In this document: one piece after another, positions 29,025-38,568 of the stretch | How the letters are laid out: the number at the start of each line of letters is the position of its first letter | Position numbering within the stretch: the stretch's first letter is position 1 | Assembly (NCBI GenBank): GCA_965214095.1 | Contig: OZ243938.1 | Coordinates: 3,072,001 to 3,136,000, forward strand | Source: Candidatus Poribacteria bacterium | GTDB lineage: Bacteria > Poribacteria > WGA-4E > WGA-3G | DNA length: 64,000 nucleotides | Direction of reading: 5' to 3' | The notes under the pieces: generated by a model | What the model saw: the letters and a program-made list of their open reading frames with translations, nothing else | What the model was told of the DNA's origin: nothing | Database searches by the model: none | Position numbers and translations under genes: made by a program

Positions 29025-30590
29025 CTACATGCCAGGTTCTAAGTTACAAGGTAACGTTAGAACAAATGCAGTACCAGTAGATAGGTTTTTATCTACTTCT
29101 ATGCTCCCACCGTGAAGTCCCAATATCTTTTGGCTTATGTATAGACCAAGTCCGGTTCCCTTCTGTTTTGTTGTATAGAATGCATCAAACAGATGTGGTA
29201 TTTCATTCTGTGAAATACCCGGTCCAGTATCTTGTATCCGAATGTTCACTGTTTCAGTTTTTTCTTGTGTGTAAGTGTTAACTGTTAGTGTTCCCCCTGT
29301 TTCCATTGCTTCAATTGCATTAGAAAAAAGGTTGAAAATGACCTGGGTTATCCCATCCTGGTTGAGGTTCACAGGTGGACATTCGGTGTAGTCTCGGACG
29401 ACATCAATATTATGTCTGTCAAATTCCGGTTGATACGTAGCAAGACAGTTTTCAAGTAATTTATCAATCTGGCAAAGTTCTGCATCCGCTATTGCCGGTT
29501 TTCCGAAAGCAAGTAGCTGCTCAATAGAGCGGTTAAGTCTATCAACTTCTTTGATTATAATTGACGTGTATTCATCAATTTCTGTTTGCTCCTCTTTGGG
29601 GAGCGGTGCAAACCTATCAGAAGGTTCGCTGAGAAGTTGTGTTGCCAATCGGATGCTACCGAGTGGATTTCGCACCTCGTGAGCAATCGTTGTTACCAGT
29701 TTACCGAGAGCAGCTAAACGTTCGGATTGGACTAATGCATCAATTGTCTGTTTGATCTTGACCCGTTGTGCGATGATTGAGGCGATGATTGTTAGCACCT
29801 GTTCATCTTCGGCGGCAGAGAGTTCATCTTTCGCTTTGTCAATAATCAATGTGCCGATGACTCTTTCCTCAACAAAAATGGGTAGCACCCAAAAGGCAAT
29901 ATTATCTTTAGATTCAATGAGGTCAGGAGGAAAAAGTTTAACTGAAGGACGCGGAATGCGGGTTCTTGGGACCCCTTTTGCTTTGCCGTCTGCCAGTACC
30001 TCCCGCTCAAATTCCTCTATTTGGTGATCTGTCCCACGTTTTTGCTCCGCTTCAGTTAATCCTAAGACCGCATTCACCGATTTTACCACCTGTCCATTTT
30101 CATAAAGGTTTAATGTGCCACGATATATACCGAGACGTTCAGAGAGGATTTCAATGATTCGGTGAAATAGTTCCTCAAGTTCAAGTGCTGCATTTGCTGC
30201 TTGACTTACCTCAAACACAATGGACAGGTCTCGCACCCGTTTTTCTAATGTTGATTTCTCGCTACTGACCCGATCAACTTCTTTAGCGCGATCCAATCGT
30301 TGAATCCGTAGTTGACGTATTGTTCTAACAAAAATAAACGCTACAATCGGATATAGAAACGCTACTGCAAAACTCTCAAACTGTTTTGGATGCTGCAAAG
30401 CATACACCCAATTTGCAGCAGTTGTCAATCCGAGTAATAAATTCTGATTACGTGTATTACCGTATATGGCGGCTAACAATATCACACCGTAATAAAGGTG
30501 TGAAACGGTGAAATAATACTGATGTGCTCCCGATACGTATACAATAATATTGGCACATAGCACACCGAGTGCTAAAAATATAGTTTTCAT
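29025..30590 (-). CDS. Membrane sensor histidine kinase with GAF domain
   Basis: N-terminal TMs, GAF region, AHEVRNPL H-box, NAIEAM, DTGPGI, FYTTK..GTGLGL. Confidence 0.92.
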   Translation of the reverse strand: MKTIFLALGVLCANIIVYVSGAHQYYFTVSHLYYGVILLAAIYGNTRNQNLLLGLTTAANWVYALQHPKQFESFAVAFLYPIVAFIFVRTIRQLRIQRLDRAKEVDRVSSEKSTLEKRVRDLSIVFEVSQAANAALELEELFHRIIEILSERLGIYRGTLNLYENGQVVKSVNAVLGLTEAEQKRGTDHQIEEFEREVLADGKAKGVPRTRIPRPSVKLFPPDLIESKDNIAFWVLPIFVEERVIGTLIIDKAKDELSAAEDEQVLTIIASIIAQRVKIKQTIDALVQSERLAALGKLVTTIAHEVRNPLGSIRLATQLLSEPSDRFAPLPKEEQTEIDEYTSIIIKEVDRLNRSIEQLLAFGKPAIADAELCQIDKLLENCLATYQPEFDRHNIDVVRDYTECPPVNLNQDGITQVIFNLFSNAIEAMETGGTLTVNTYTQEKTETVNIRIQDTGPGISQNEIPHLFDAFYTTKQKGTGLGLYISQKILGLHGGSIEVDKNLSTGTAFVLTLPCNLEPGM

Positions 30591-30625
30591 GAGTCATCTA
30601 CGTGCCGTTTAGGGAATACTTGACC

Positions 30626-31228
30626 TTACAATTTCAAGAAATTTGACAACATTTTCAGACCGACGCGTCCGCTTTTCTCCAAATGAAATTGTGTTGCAAT
30701 AAGATTATTATGTGCAATCGCGCTACAAAACTCAAGACCGTAAGTTGTTTTTCCGATGATGGTTTCTTTGTTAACAGGGACAGGATAATATGAGTTGACA
30801 AAGTAAAAGTGTGCAGGATTAGGCACACCCTCAAATATCTTATGTTGTTGTGCTTGCCAGACTTCATTCCATCCGATTTGAGGAACTTTTAGATGCTTTT
30901 CAGCAGGATACTTCTTGACAAAACCGGGAAGCAGTCCAAGGCATTCGGTATCCTCTTCCTCACTATGTTCAAAAAGGATTTGTATACCGATACAGATACC
31001 TAACATCGGCTTACCGGTATCGTAAAATTTGAGGAGCACTTCGTCAAGAGAGCCTTTCTGTAGATTTCCCATAGTTGCTTTTGCTGCACCGACTCCAGGG
31101 AAGATAACGCGTTCTGCAGATAAGATGGTTTCTATATCATCGGTGATTCGGTTTTCGTAACCGAGGCTATCCAATGCGCGGGCTACGCTTGTTAGGTTTC
31201 CTGCTTTGTAGTCAATAATTGCTATCAT
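30626..31228 (-). CDS. hisH: Imidazole glycerol phosphate synthase, glutaminase subunit
   Basis: IDYKAGNLTSV, PGVGA, LGICIGIQ, VPQIGWN, QFHLEKSG. Confidence 0.93.
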   Translation of the reverse strand: MIAIIDYKAGNLTSVARALDSLGYENRITDDIETILSAERVIFPGVGAAKATMGNLQKGSLDEVLLKFYDTGKPMLGICIGIQILFEHSEEEDTECLGLLPGFVKKYPAEKHLKVPQIGWNEVWQAQQHKIFEGVPNPAHFYFVNSYYPVPVNKETIIGKTTYGLEFCSAIAHNNLIATQFHLEKSGRVGLKMLSNFLKL

Positions 31229-31257
31229 ATATGTCTAGTAGTTCTGACAAAATTAGT

Positions 31258-31388
31258 TTATAGTGAAATCTATAATTACTTGCACACAAGTGTACACAAA
31301 CTGGCAGTTTGTGCTACGGCACAGTCCAGTCCGTTGGTTTAGGTCTCACGTACCAAAAGTGTGCATATATTTTTGTATTTCACTATAA
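31258..31388. mobile_element. 131-bp MITE, inverted and internally shorter copy of the 20834 element
   Basis: Same TIR TTATAGTGAAAT/ATTTCACTATAA and flanking arms; only one REP hairpin present. Confidence 0.85.
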
Positions 31389-31425
31389 ATCAAAAAGCTT
31401 GTATTATTAAGGTATACTGAAAATA

Positions 31426-31905
31426 TTAAGCCTCAATCTCTTGCAGCTGCTTATGAAGGTTTGCCATTTCTATTGCGGTTACCGCAGCCTCAGCACCTTT
31501 GTTGCCTGCCTTTGTACCTGCACGTTCAATTGCTTGCTCAATCGTATCTGTGGTGATAATTCCATAACTAATCGGAACACCAGTTTGGAGTGAAACTTGC
31601 GCGATACCTTTGGCACTTTCACCCGCAACATAATCAAAGTGAGGCGTAGCACCACGAATGACAGCACCGATACAGATAAGCGCATCGTATCGCTTGCTTT
31701 CAGCGAGTTGTTTAGCAATACTTGGTGTTTCAAAAGCACCGGGAATCCAGACAACATCTACTTCATCTAAGTCACCACCGTGTCGTTTTATCGCATCCAG
31801 TGCACCGTCCAGAAGTTTTGTTGTGATAAAACTATTAAAACGACTGACAATGATACCGAATTTTATTCCATTACAATTTAAGTTGCCTTCATAAACGTTT
31901 GGCAT
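31426..31905 (-). CDS. ribH: 6,7-dimethyl-8-ribityllumazine synthase
   Basis: [40 protein letters not shown]. Confidence 0.97.
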   Translation of the reverse strand: MPNVYEGNLNCNGIKFGIIVSRFNSFITTKLLDGALDAIKRHGGDLDEVDVVWIPGAFETPSIAKQLAESKRYDALICIGAVIRGATPHFDYVAGESAKGIAQVSLQTGVPISYGIITTDTIEQAIERAGTKAGNKGAEAAVTAIEMANLHKQLQEIEA

Positions 31906-31942
31906 AGTATCTCTTTCCTATATGAAAATTGGGATGTTCGTT

Positions 31943-33160
31943 TTAGAGGAGGTGACCAAGTTTCGTACGTTTTGTCTGTAGATAACGTTGGTTATATGGG
32001 TTTGGTGTCGTTTGTAACGGGATTTGCTCTACGATTTCCAATCCATAACCGGACAATCCTTTGACTTTGTGCGGGTTGTTTGTCATCAATCGCATTTTTT
32101 GGACACCTAAATCAACAAGAATCTGTGCACCTATACCGTAGTCACGTAGGTCGGGTGGAAATCCGAGACGTTCATTTGCTTCAACCGTGTCAAGACCTTC
32201 ATTATCCTGAAGTTGATATGCACGAATCTTGTCTTTGAGACCCATGCCACGACCTTCTTGCCGCATATAGAGTAGCACGCCTCTCCCCTCTTTCTCAATG
32301 TTTTGCAGTGCGATTTCAAGTTGTTCTCCACAATCACAACGGAGTGAACCGAAGACATCGCCTGTCAAGCACTGCGAATGCACTCGGACTAATATCGGGT
32401 CGCCATCGTCAACTTGTCCTTTCGTTAATGCAATATGCGTATCAGTGGGTTCACCTGGTGTTGGTTCTCCATCTACATTGCTCTCATAAGCGTGGAGTTT
32501 AAATTCTCCTTGTTCGGTTGGGATGGCTGCGGTTGAAACACGTTTAATAAGTGTTTCAGTGCTTCTACGGTAAGCGATCAAGTCAGAAATAGTGATGATT
32601 TTGAGGTCGTGGTGTTGTGCGAATTCTAATAGTTCGGGAACACGCGCCATAGTGCCATCATCGTTAAGAACTTCACATAGCACGCCTGCGGGATACAGTC
32701 CTGCGAGTTGTGCTAAGTCTACTGTCGCTTCAGTGTGTCCTGCTCTTCGCAGCACGCCTCCCGGTTTTGCTTCTAAAGGAAAGATATGTCCTGGTCTCAC
32801 AAAATCGGATGGTACAGCATTTTCATCAACAAATTTCCGTATAGTATATGCGCGTTCTTGTGCTGAAATGCCAGTGGTAACTTCTTTGGCATCAATTGTC
32901 ACCGTAAATGCTGTCTGCATCTGTGCAGTGTTGTCAGCGACCATCGGATTTAGTTGTAGTTCTACAAGGCGTTCTGAACAAGTAGGCAGGCAAATCAATC
33001 CTCGTCCGAACTTTGCCATAAAATTGATGGACTCTGCTGTCACCTTTTCTGCCGCCATAATGAGATCCCCTTCGTTTTCACGATCAGGGTCATCAACAAC
33101 TATGATTGTCTCACCTTCTTTGATGGCAGAGATAGCTTCAGGAATAGTGCTAAATTCCAT
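31943..33160 (-). CDS. ribBA: Bifunctional DHBP synthase / GTP cyclohydrolase II
   Basis: [46 protein letters not shown]; alternative TTG start at 33187. Confidence 0.96.
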   Translation of the reverse strand: MEFSTIPEAISAIKEGETIIVVDDPDRENEGDLIMAAEKVTAESINFMAKFGRGLICLPTCSERLVELQLNPMVADNTAQMQTAFTVTIDAKEVTTGISAQERAYTIRKFVDENAVPSDFVRPGHIFPLEAKPGGVLRRAGHTEATVDLAQLAGLYPAGVLCEVLNDDGTMARVPELLEFAQHHDLKIITISDLIAYRRSTETLIKRVSTAAIPTEQGEFKLHAYESNVDGEPTPGEPTDTHIALTKGQVDDGDPILVRVHSQCLTGDVFGSLRCDCGEQLEIALQNIEKEGRGVLLYMRQEGRGMGLKDKIRAYQLQDNEGLDTVEANERLGFPPDLRDYGIGAQILVDLGVQKMRLMTNNPHKVKGLSGYGLEIVEQIPLQTTPNPYNQRYLQTKRTKLGHLL

Positions 33161-33183
33161 AATGTTTTCTTCGTTTATATCCT

Positions 33184-33828
33184 TCAAACATACCCGTGTT
33201 TTTGTAAGAATTCTAAATCAATTGTTCGCGATGGTGGTATCTGGTTCTGCATGAGCGTTTCAATGTAACGTGCCATCACATCAACTTCAATGTTCACGAT
33301 TTCCCCGATCTGTTTTTTACCCAGAGTGGTAACATCTAAAGTATGCGGAATAAGAGCTACCTCAAAGGTATCATCATAAATGTTGGCAATCGTTAAACTC
33401 ACACCATCAACAGCAATCGAGCCTTTATATGCAATGTAAGGTTTCACTTTTGGGTTAACTGCAACCTGCATGCATGAAGAAGAACCCTCATTTTTCCAAC
33501 CACTGATTGTAGCGACTTCATCTACATGGCCTAACACCAAATGCCCTCCGATACGATCACCTAATCGGAGCGAACGCTCCAGATTGACATGTGTGCCTAC
33601 TTTACAATTGCGTAAGGTAGTTCTGCGACAAGTTTCTTCACTGATATCCGCTACAAATGTGTTTTGTTCAAGATCACGTACTGTCAAACAAGGACCACTG
33701 ACAGCAATACTATCTCCTATTTGAATGTCCTCTAATACAGTTGCTGCACCTATCTTAACAGTAATCCCGTTGGAGATTGGTTGTACTTCGGTAATTGTTC
33801 CAATTTCTTCAATGATTCCGGTGAACAT
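33184..33828 (-). CDS. ribE: Riboflavin synthase (alpha chain)
   Basis: MFTGIIEE start, [27 protein letters not shown]. Confidence 0.96.
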   Translation of the reverse strand: MFTGIIEEIGTITEVQPISNGITVKIGAATVLEDIQIGDSIAVSGPCLTVRDLEQNTFVADISEETCRRTTLRNCKVGTHVNLERSLRLGDRIGGHLVLGHVDEVATISGWKNEGSSSCMQVAVNPKVKPYIAYKGSIAVDGVSLTIANIYDDTFEVALIPHTLDVTTLGKKQIGEIVNIEVDVMARYIETLMQNQIPPSRTIDLEFLQKHGYV

Positions 33829-34930
33829 GATTATTGAGATACCCCTCAATCAATATGTCGCCATCAAGTTCAGTGATCGTCCTTCGTTTTAATTCCGCTG
33901 CATCAGTTAGTTGTGCAATACCTTCGCCACCAAATACACCGGGGGCATCTTTACCACCAATAAATTTTGGAGCTACAAAACACATCACTTTATCTACTAA
34001 ACCAGACAATAATGCAGTTGAGTTGACTTGACCACCGCCTTCTATCAAAACGTTTGTAATGCCGCGTGCTCCTAACGTTTCCAACAATGTTTTGAGACAG
34101 ACCTGTCCATCTTTTGCGGGGATTTCAATTATTTCTGCCCCCGTTATCTTCAGAAGTGCTATATTTCCCGCGAATGCTTGCGGCGTAACAGCAATAATGA
34201 CATCCGCTTCGCTTTCAGGGTTGAATATCTTCGCTGCTGTCGGAGTTCGTGCGTGCGAATCTAAAACAATTCGTGTAGCGTCTTTCCCTTTCTTGTTCGG
34301 TAGTCTTGTCGTTAAAGTCGGATTATCAGTCAACACGGTTCCAATACCAACGATGATTGCGTCTACTTCATCGCGTAACTCATGCACTCTTTGCCTTGAT
34401 GCGGATGATGTAATCCATTGCGATTCACCCGTGGAGGTAGCGATTTTTCCATCAAGACTCATCGCAATTTTTAATATCACAAACGGATAATCTGTTGTCA
34501 TCTGTTTGATAAATACCTCGTTCAGTTTTTCCGCAGCTTCAGCACATAATCCGACGTTGACTTCAATACCAGCTTCTTCTAACTGCTTAATACCTTTTCC
34601 AGAGACTATCGGATTCGGGTCTAAATGTGCTGCGTAGACACACCTAATTTCCGCTTGAATGATTGCATCGGTGCAAGGTGGTGTTCGTCCCGAGTGACAG
34701 CATGGTTCAAGGTTTACATAAAGTGTTCCACCTTTCGCATTCGTTCCTGCTGCCTGAAGTGCATGAATCTCCGCGTGTGGTTCACCTGCTTTCTGATGAT
34801 ACCCTTCACCGACAATTTTTCCAGCATTAACAATCACTGCACCAACAAGGGGATTCGGACTAGTACGTCCCTTACCTTGCTGTGCCAAAGCCAATGCACG
34901 GTTCATAAACGCTGAATGCGTCTTGTTCAT
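33809..34930 (-). CDS. ribD: Bifunctional pyrimidine deaminase/reductase
   Basis: PNPLVGA, HAE, EPCCH..RTPPC, SLDGKIA, IEGG. Confidence 0.96.
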   Translation of the reverse strand: MNKTHSAFMNRALALAQQGKGRTSPNPLVGAVIVNAGKIVGEGYHQKAGEPHAEIHALQAAGTNAKGGTLYVNLEPCCHSGRTPPCTDAIIQAEIRCVYAAHLDPNPIVSGKGIKQLEEAGIEVNVGLCAEAAEKLNEVFIKQMTTDYPFVILKIAMSLDGKIATSTGESQWITSSASRQRVHELRDEVDAIIVGIGTVLTDNPTLTTRLPNKKGKDATRIVLDSHARTPTAAKIFNPESEADVIIAVTPQAFAGNIALLKITGAEIIEIPAKDGQVCLKTLLETLGARGITNVLIEGGGQVNSTALLSGLVDKVMCFVAPKFIGGKDAPGVFGGEGIAQLTDAAELKRRTITELDGDILIEGYLNNHVHRNH

Positions 34931-34983
34931 CGCAAAGTGTTACCTATAATGCTGTACCTGTAATATTATACCACATCTCAATC

Positions 34984-35490
34984 TCAATTCAAAATCATTT
35001 TATTACTGTCAATTGACTTCAGACATTCAAGCACCTCAGCCTGATCTACCAAGTCAAACTGATGTGTTCCAATATACATATACTGAATGATACCGAGTTT
35101 ATCAATGATAAAGGTTGCTGGTCTGGCGATGTTGTATGCCTCAAAACTGAGCCAATGGTAGACACCATAACTCTTTATAACACTCCGATCTTTGTCAACC
35201 AATAGTGGGAACATTATTCCGTTTCGTTCAGCGAAACCGCGTAGTTCCCGTGGCCACTGTCCCGCAATAGCGATTGGTGTCCCGTTGTATTCTTTGTAAC
35301 TATCAACATGTTCTTGTACAGCAGCCAACTGGCGGCGACTGTTTGGTCACCAGGTGCCTCGGAAGAAGGTTAATACTACGTGTTGTTCGTCGCGATAAGA
35401 TGTAAGTGACACAGTTTGTCGTCGATGTGATGGCAGTGAAAATGAGGGGGCGTTATCGCCTATGTTGAGTATTTTGTTTTTACGTGGCAT
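34984..35490 (-). CDS. Peroxiredoxin-like (AhpC/TSA, redoxin) selenoprotein, Sec at codon 48
   Basis: From ATG 35490: MPRKNKILNIGDNAPSFSLPSH..VSLTSYRDEQHVVLTFFRGTW-TGA(35349-35347)-PNSRRQL, continuing in frame into track ORF 34984..35328 (FPLLVD, RPATFIIDK.GII). 168 aa. Confidence 0.85.
35314..35346 (-). promoter_or_regulatory. Candidate bacterial SECIS hairpin immediately 3' of the UGA
   Basis: UGA-CCAA-ACAG-UC-GCCG-CCAGU-UGGC-UG-CUGU: stacked stems with a G in the apical loop. Confidence 0.5.
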
Positions 35491-35646
35491 GGTGTTATTT
35501 TCGCAGAAAATTGGGGTTCTGTCAAGGGTGAAACAGAAAAACCAGGGTTATTTAGTTTTAAGGATTCGCAATTATTAAGGTTAACTTACTGTTAAGTCCC
35601 TTCAACGGTCTGGTCTCATCACTGAATTTATTGGATATATTGATTC

Positions 35647-35809
35647 TTGTCTGAACCAGGATTTTCAGGATGGACAGATTTACAAGATAAGAGTCTGAAA
35701 CATCAAAGTGCTATCCAGATAATAAACGTCAAACTAGGAATAGGAACTTTGGACAGCCAAACTCATAATCCTGAAAATCTACTAATCCTGAAAATCTTGG
35801 TTCAGACAA
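35647..35809. repeat. 163-bp inverted-repeat element (25-bp IR, one mismatch)
   Basis: TTGTCTGAACCAGGATTTTCAGGAT (35647-35671) / ATCCTGAAAATCTTGGTTCAGACAA (35785-35809); extra internal AATCCTGAAAATCT; partial end copy at 59567. Confidence 0.75.
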
Positions 35810-35867
35810 CGAGGACAATGAATTACGCGGCTAGATACACGTTTTGTAAATCTGGGTTGCAACAACC

Positions 35868-36992
35868 TCACATCAACTCCACAAACACTTCATTCGCCAA
35901 AAAAAGGCCGTGCTGCGTAAGGTGAAGATGTGTCCCGGTTTGCTCTAACAACCCTAAATCCATCCACTTCTCTATACTCTTACCAAACACCACGTCAATT
36001 TTCTCACCGAAACGCTGCTCATAATCCGCTAAACAGATACCCTCACGTTTTCGCAGAGCAAGCATCAGTGTCTCAGCTTTTTCTGCATGTCCAGTCATAA
36101 GTTCACTGTCTGACATCGGTTTTTTGTTATTACGGAGTGCTTCAATATAAGGTGGGATACCTTTAATGTTCGTATAGCGGGTGCCATCAACATATCCACA
36201 TGCACCAACACCTAAACCGATATATTCCTGATTATTCCAATAAACAAGATTGTGCTTCACTTCTCGGTTCGGTTTAGCATAGCTACAGATTTCATAGTGG
36301 TTATATCCATGGGAAATCAGTTCTTCAATCGTCCATTGAAACATATCCGCTTCAATGTCCTCGGAAGGAAGAACAAGTTCGCCTGATTTCCACCAATCAT
36401 AAAAAGGTGTCGTTTCTTCCATCACGAGATTATATACCGAGATATGTTCAGGTTCAAGTGAGATTGTCTCGTTTAAGGTGTGCTGCCAATCCTCCATCGT
36501 TTGTTGTGGGAGTGCGAATATCAGATCAATATTAATGTTATCAAATCCGTGTTCTCGTGAAAGATGATAACTATAATGGAATTCCTCAACGGTGTGGATT
36601 CTGCCTAACAGACGTAATATCTCATCTTGCATCGCCTGCAGACCGAAACTGAGTCTGTTAACCCCCGCTTCTTGCATCACACAGAGTTTTTCACTATCAA
36701 CGGTACCCGGATTGCATTCTACTGTGATTTCAGCATCAGGACATATCTGGAAATGTCTATGTATGTTGGTAAATAACTGTTTCAATGAATCGGCAGAAAG
36801 GATGGAAGGAGTGCCACCGCCAATAAAGACAGTTTGTAGGATAGAAGTTTCTGGTGCGTAAAGCGACATCTCCGTTTGGAGTGCGTCTAAATATGCTTTC
36901 GCTTGTTCCTTATGGAAAGAATAGGTATTGAAAGCACAATAATAGCATTTTGTCTCACAAAATGGAATGTGGATGTATAGAGAAGAAACCAT
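35868..36992 (-). CDS. hemW: Radical SAM heme chaperone HemW (HemN-like)
   Basis: YIHIPFCETKCYYCAF, GGGTPS, ECNP, HNLVYW. Confidence 0.9.
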   Translation of the reverse strand: MVSSLYIHIPFCETKCYYCAFNTYSFHKEQAKAYLDALQTEMSLYAPETSILQTVFIGGGTPSILSADSLKQLFTNIHRHFQICPDAEITVECNPGTVDSEKLCVMQEAGVNRLSFGLQAMQDEILRLLGRIHTVEEFHYSYHLSREHGFDNINIDLIFALPQQTMEDWQHTLNETISLEPEHISVYNLVMEETTPFYDWWKSGELVLPSEDIEADMFQWTIEELISHGYNHYEICSYAKPNREVKHNLVYWNNQEYIGLGVGACGYVDGTRYTNIKGIPPYIEALRNNKKPMSDSELMTGHAEKAETLMLALRKREGICLADYEQRFGEKIDVVFGKSIEKWMDLGLLEQTGTHLHLTQHGLFLANEVFVELM

Positions 36993-38093
36993 TTAGTCAA
37001 ATTCTAATCCGACTCTGATAGCAGAACCTTCATCAGCATAGCAAAATGCTTCGTTAATATCGTCAAATCGGAATGTATCAGAGATGATTTTATGGAACGG
37101 ATATTTGTCTCGTGTGCGACTAAGAAAGTCAAGGGCACGCGGTATTACCCAAGGTTCATAGACAATCACACCACGAATTGTTTTGCTACATCTAACGATG
37201 TTCCCGGGGTCTATTTCCGTCGGAAATCCAAGATTTATGTTGCCGATCCATAGATAACGTCCACCCCACCTTAGCATTTCAACACCTTCTGCAAGAACAC
37301 GCGGAGAACCTACAAATTCTGCCACGAGGTCAGCACCGATGCCATTTGTTTGGTCAAGGACATAAGTAACACGTTCCTTGATACTAAGTTCATCAACGTT
37401 AAGGGTATAATCCGCGCCAAACTCCTGTGCAAGGGCAAGACGTGCAGGAAGCCTATCAAGCACGATTATTTTCCCGGCACCCATTTCTCTTGCGACTGCG
37501 GTGGCATATAGACCAAGTCCTCCCGCACCTTGTATAACAACTGTATCTCCAATCGTAATGCCGATCTGATTGAGTCCATAGATTACTTCAGATAAAGCAC
37601 AATTTATCGGAGACACGAGTGAATCTGACAGGTCATCAGGCACTTTAAAAACCCAATGTCCTGCTTTCATGTAGTAATATTCTCCATAAGCACCATGAAA
37701 ATGCGGTGGTTTTTCACTGGAAACACCAAGCCAATCTCTGTAACGGTTTGGACATCCAGGTTTTCCATTGAGACACACCCAACATCGTTGACACGGTTTG
37801 AAATATGAATAAACAATCCGATCCCCTTCAGCAAGTGGCTGTCCCAGACTGTCACCCTTAACACTTTGTCCCAGTGCTTCAATCGTGCCAATCATTTCAT
37901 GACCAAGTACCTGTGGAATACCACTACTTATTTTAGGTCCGTGTCCTCTCCAGAAATGGAGATCAGACCCGCAGATATTCGCCATGCGGATTCGAACGAG
38001 AATATCGTCAGAAGTCACGGATGGAATAGGGTATTCGCGAAACTCTAACGGTGCCTCTGATTGTGTAAAGATTGCTACTCTACCTGTTTTCAT
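36993..38093 (-). CDS. Zinc-binding alcohol dehydrogenase family protein
   Basis: ICGSDLH, LGHE, structural Zn CQRCWVC...C, QGAGGLG. Confidence 0.9.
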   Translation of the reverse strand: MKTGRVAIFTQSEAPLEFREYPIPSVTSDDILVRIRMANICGSDLHFWRGHGPKISSGIPQVLGHEMIGTIEALGQSVKGDSLGQPLAEGDRIVYSYFKPCQRCWVCLNGKPGCPNRYRDWLGVSSEKPPHFHGAYGEYYYMKAGHWVFKVPDDLSDSLVSPINCALSEVIYGLNQIGITIGDTVVIQGAGGLGLYATAVAREMGAGKIIVLDRLPARLALAQEFGADYTLNVDELSIKERVTYVLDQTNGIGADLVAEFVGSPRVLAEGVEMLRWGGRYLWIGNINLGFPTEIDPGNIVRCSKTIRGVIVYEPWVIPRALDFLSRTRDKYPFHKIISDTFRFDDINEAFCYADEGSAIRVGLEFD

Positions 38094-38153
38094 GGAAATT
38101 AAGACTCCGTCAGACTATAGCAAAATTCCCTACACTTTATGCCAAGATAGTTC

Positions 38154-38564
38154 TCAATACTCATCATAATTGACAACTTTCCATTTGCCATCTATATTCT
38201 CAGTCGTAATCACCACATTCCGAGTATGTGTTGCCTCACCACTTTGGTTCTTGATTGTCAATAGGTAGTTGAACAATACGTGTGTCACATTTTCAATTTC
38301 AGTTGATGTCTCTTTTCCAATCTGCTTATATTCCATATTTGGCATTTCTGGGGCAGGTTCATCTTGTGTCCGCACATCTTTAAGCAGTATGATTTCCTTT
38401 TCCAACTTTTCTGTGGCAAGACCTGCAGTTAACTGGAGTGCTACTTGTTGGTTTGCGAGTTTATAATAATTGAAGATAAAGTCATCTGTAACTGCTTGCG
38501 GTGTATTCCTATTTGAGCATGCGATAAATAAAAGGAGGGTTAAAATGGCATACCGAGCTTTCAT
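38154..38564 (-). CDS. Hypothetical lipoprotein
   Basis: Lipobox-like FIAC; C-terminal DGKWKV. Confidence 0.65.
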   Translation of the reverse strand: MKARYAILTLLLFIACSNRNTPQAVTDDFIFNYYKLANQQVALQLTAGLATEKLEKEIILLKDVRTQDEPAPEMPNMEYKQIGKETSTEIENVTHVLFNYLLTIKNQSGEATHTRNVVITTENIDGKWKVVNYDEY

Positions 38565-38568
38565 TGGA

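Noticed and set aside
32592-33254. 220-aa plus-strand ORF
   Set aside because: Antisense shadow of ribBA with no independent coding signal.
34931-34983. FMN riboswitch upstream of ribD
   Set aside because: The gap is only 53 nt and no RFN consensus is visible.
34984-35328. 114-aa ORF from the track as the complete gene
   Set aside because: It lacks the redoxin N-terminus and active site, which lie in frame upstream of a TGA; replaced by the 168-aa selenoprotein model.
35647-35925. 92-aa plus-strand ORF
   Set aside because: Mostly a translation of the palindromic repeat element, and it overlaps the hemW 3' end antisense.
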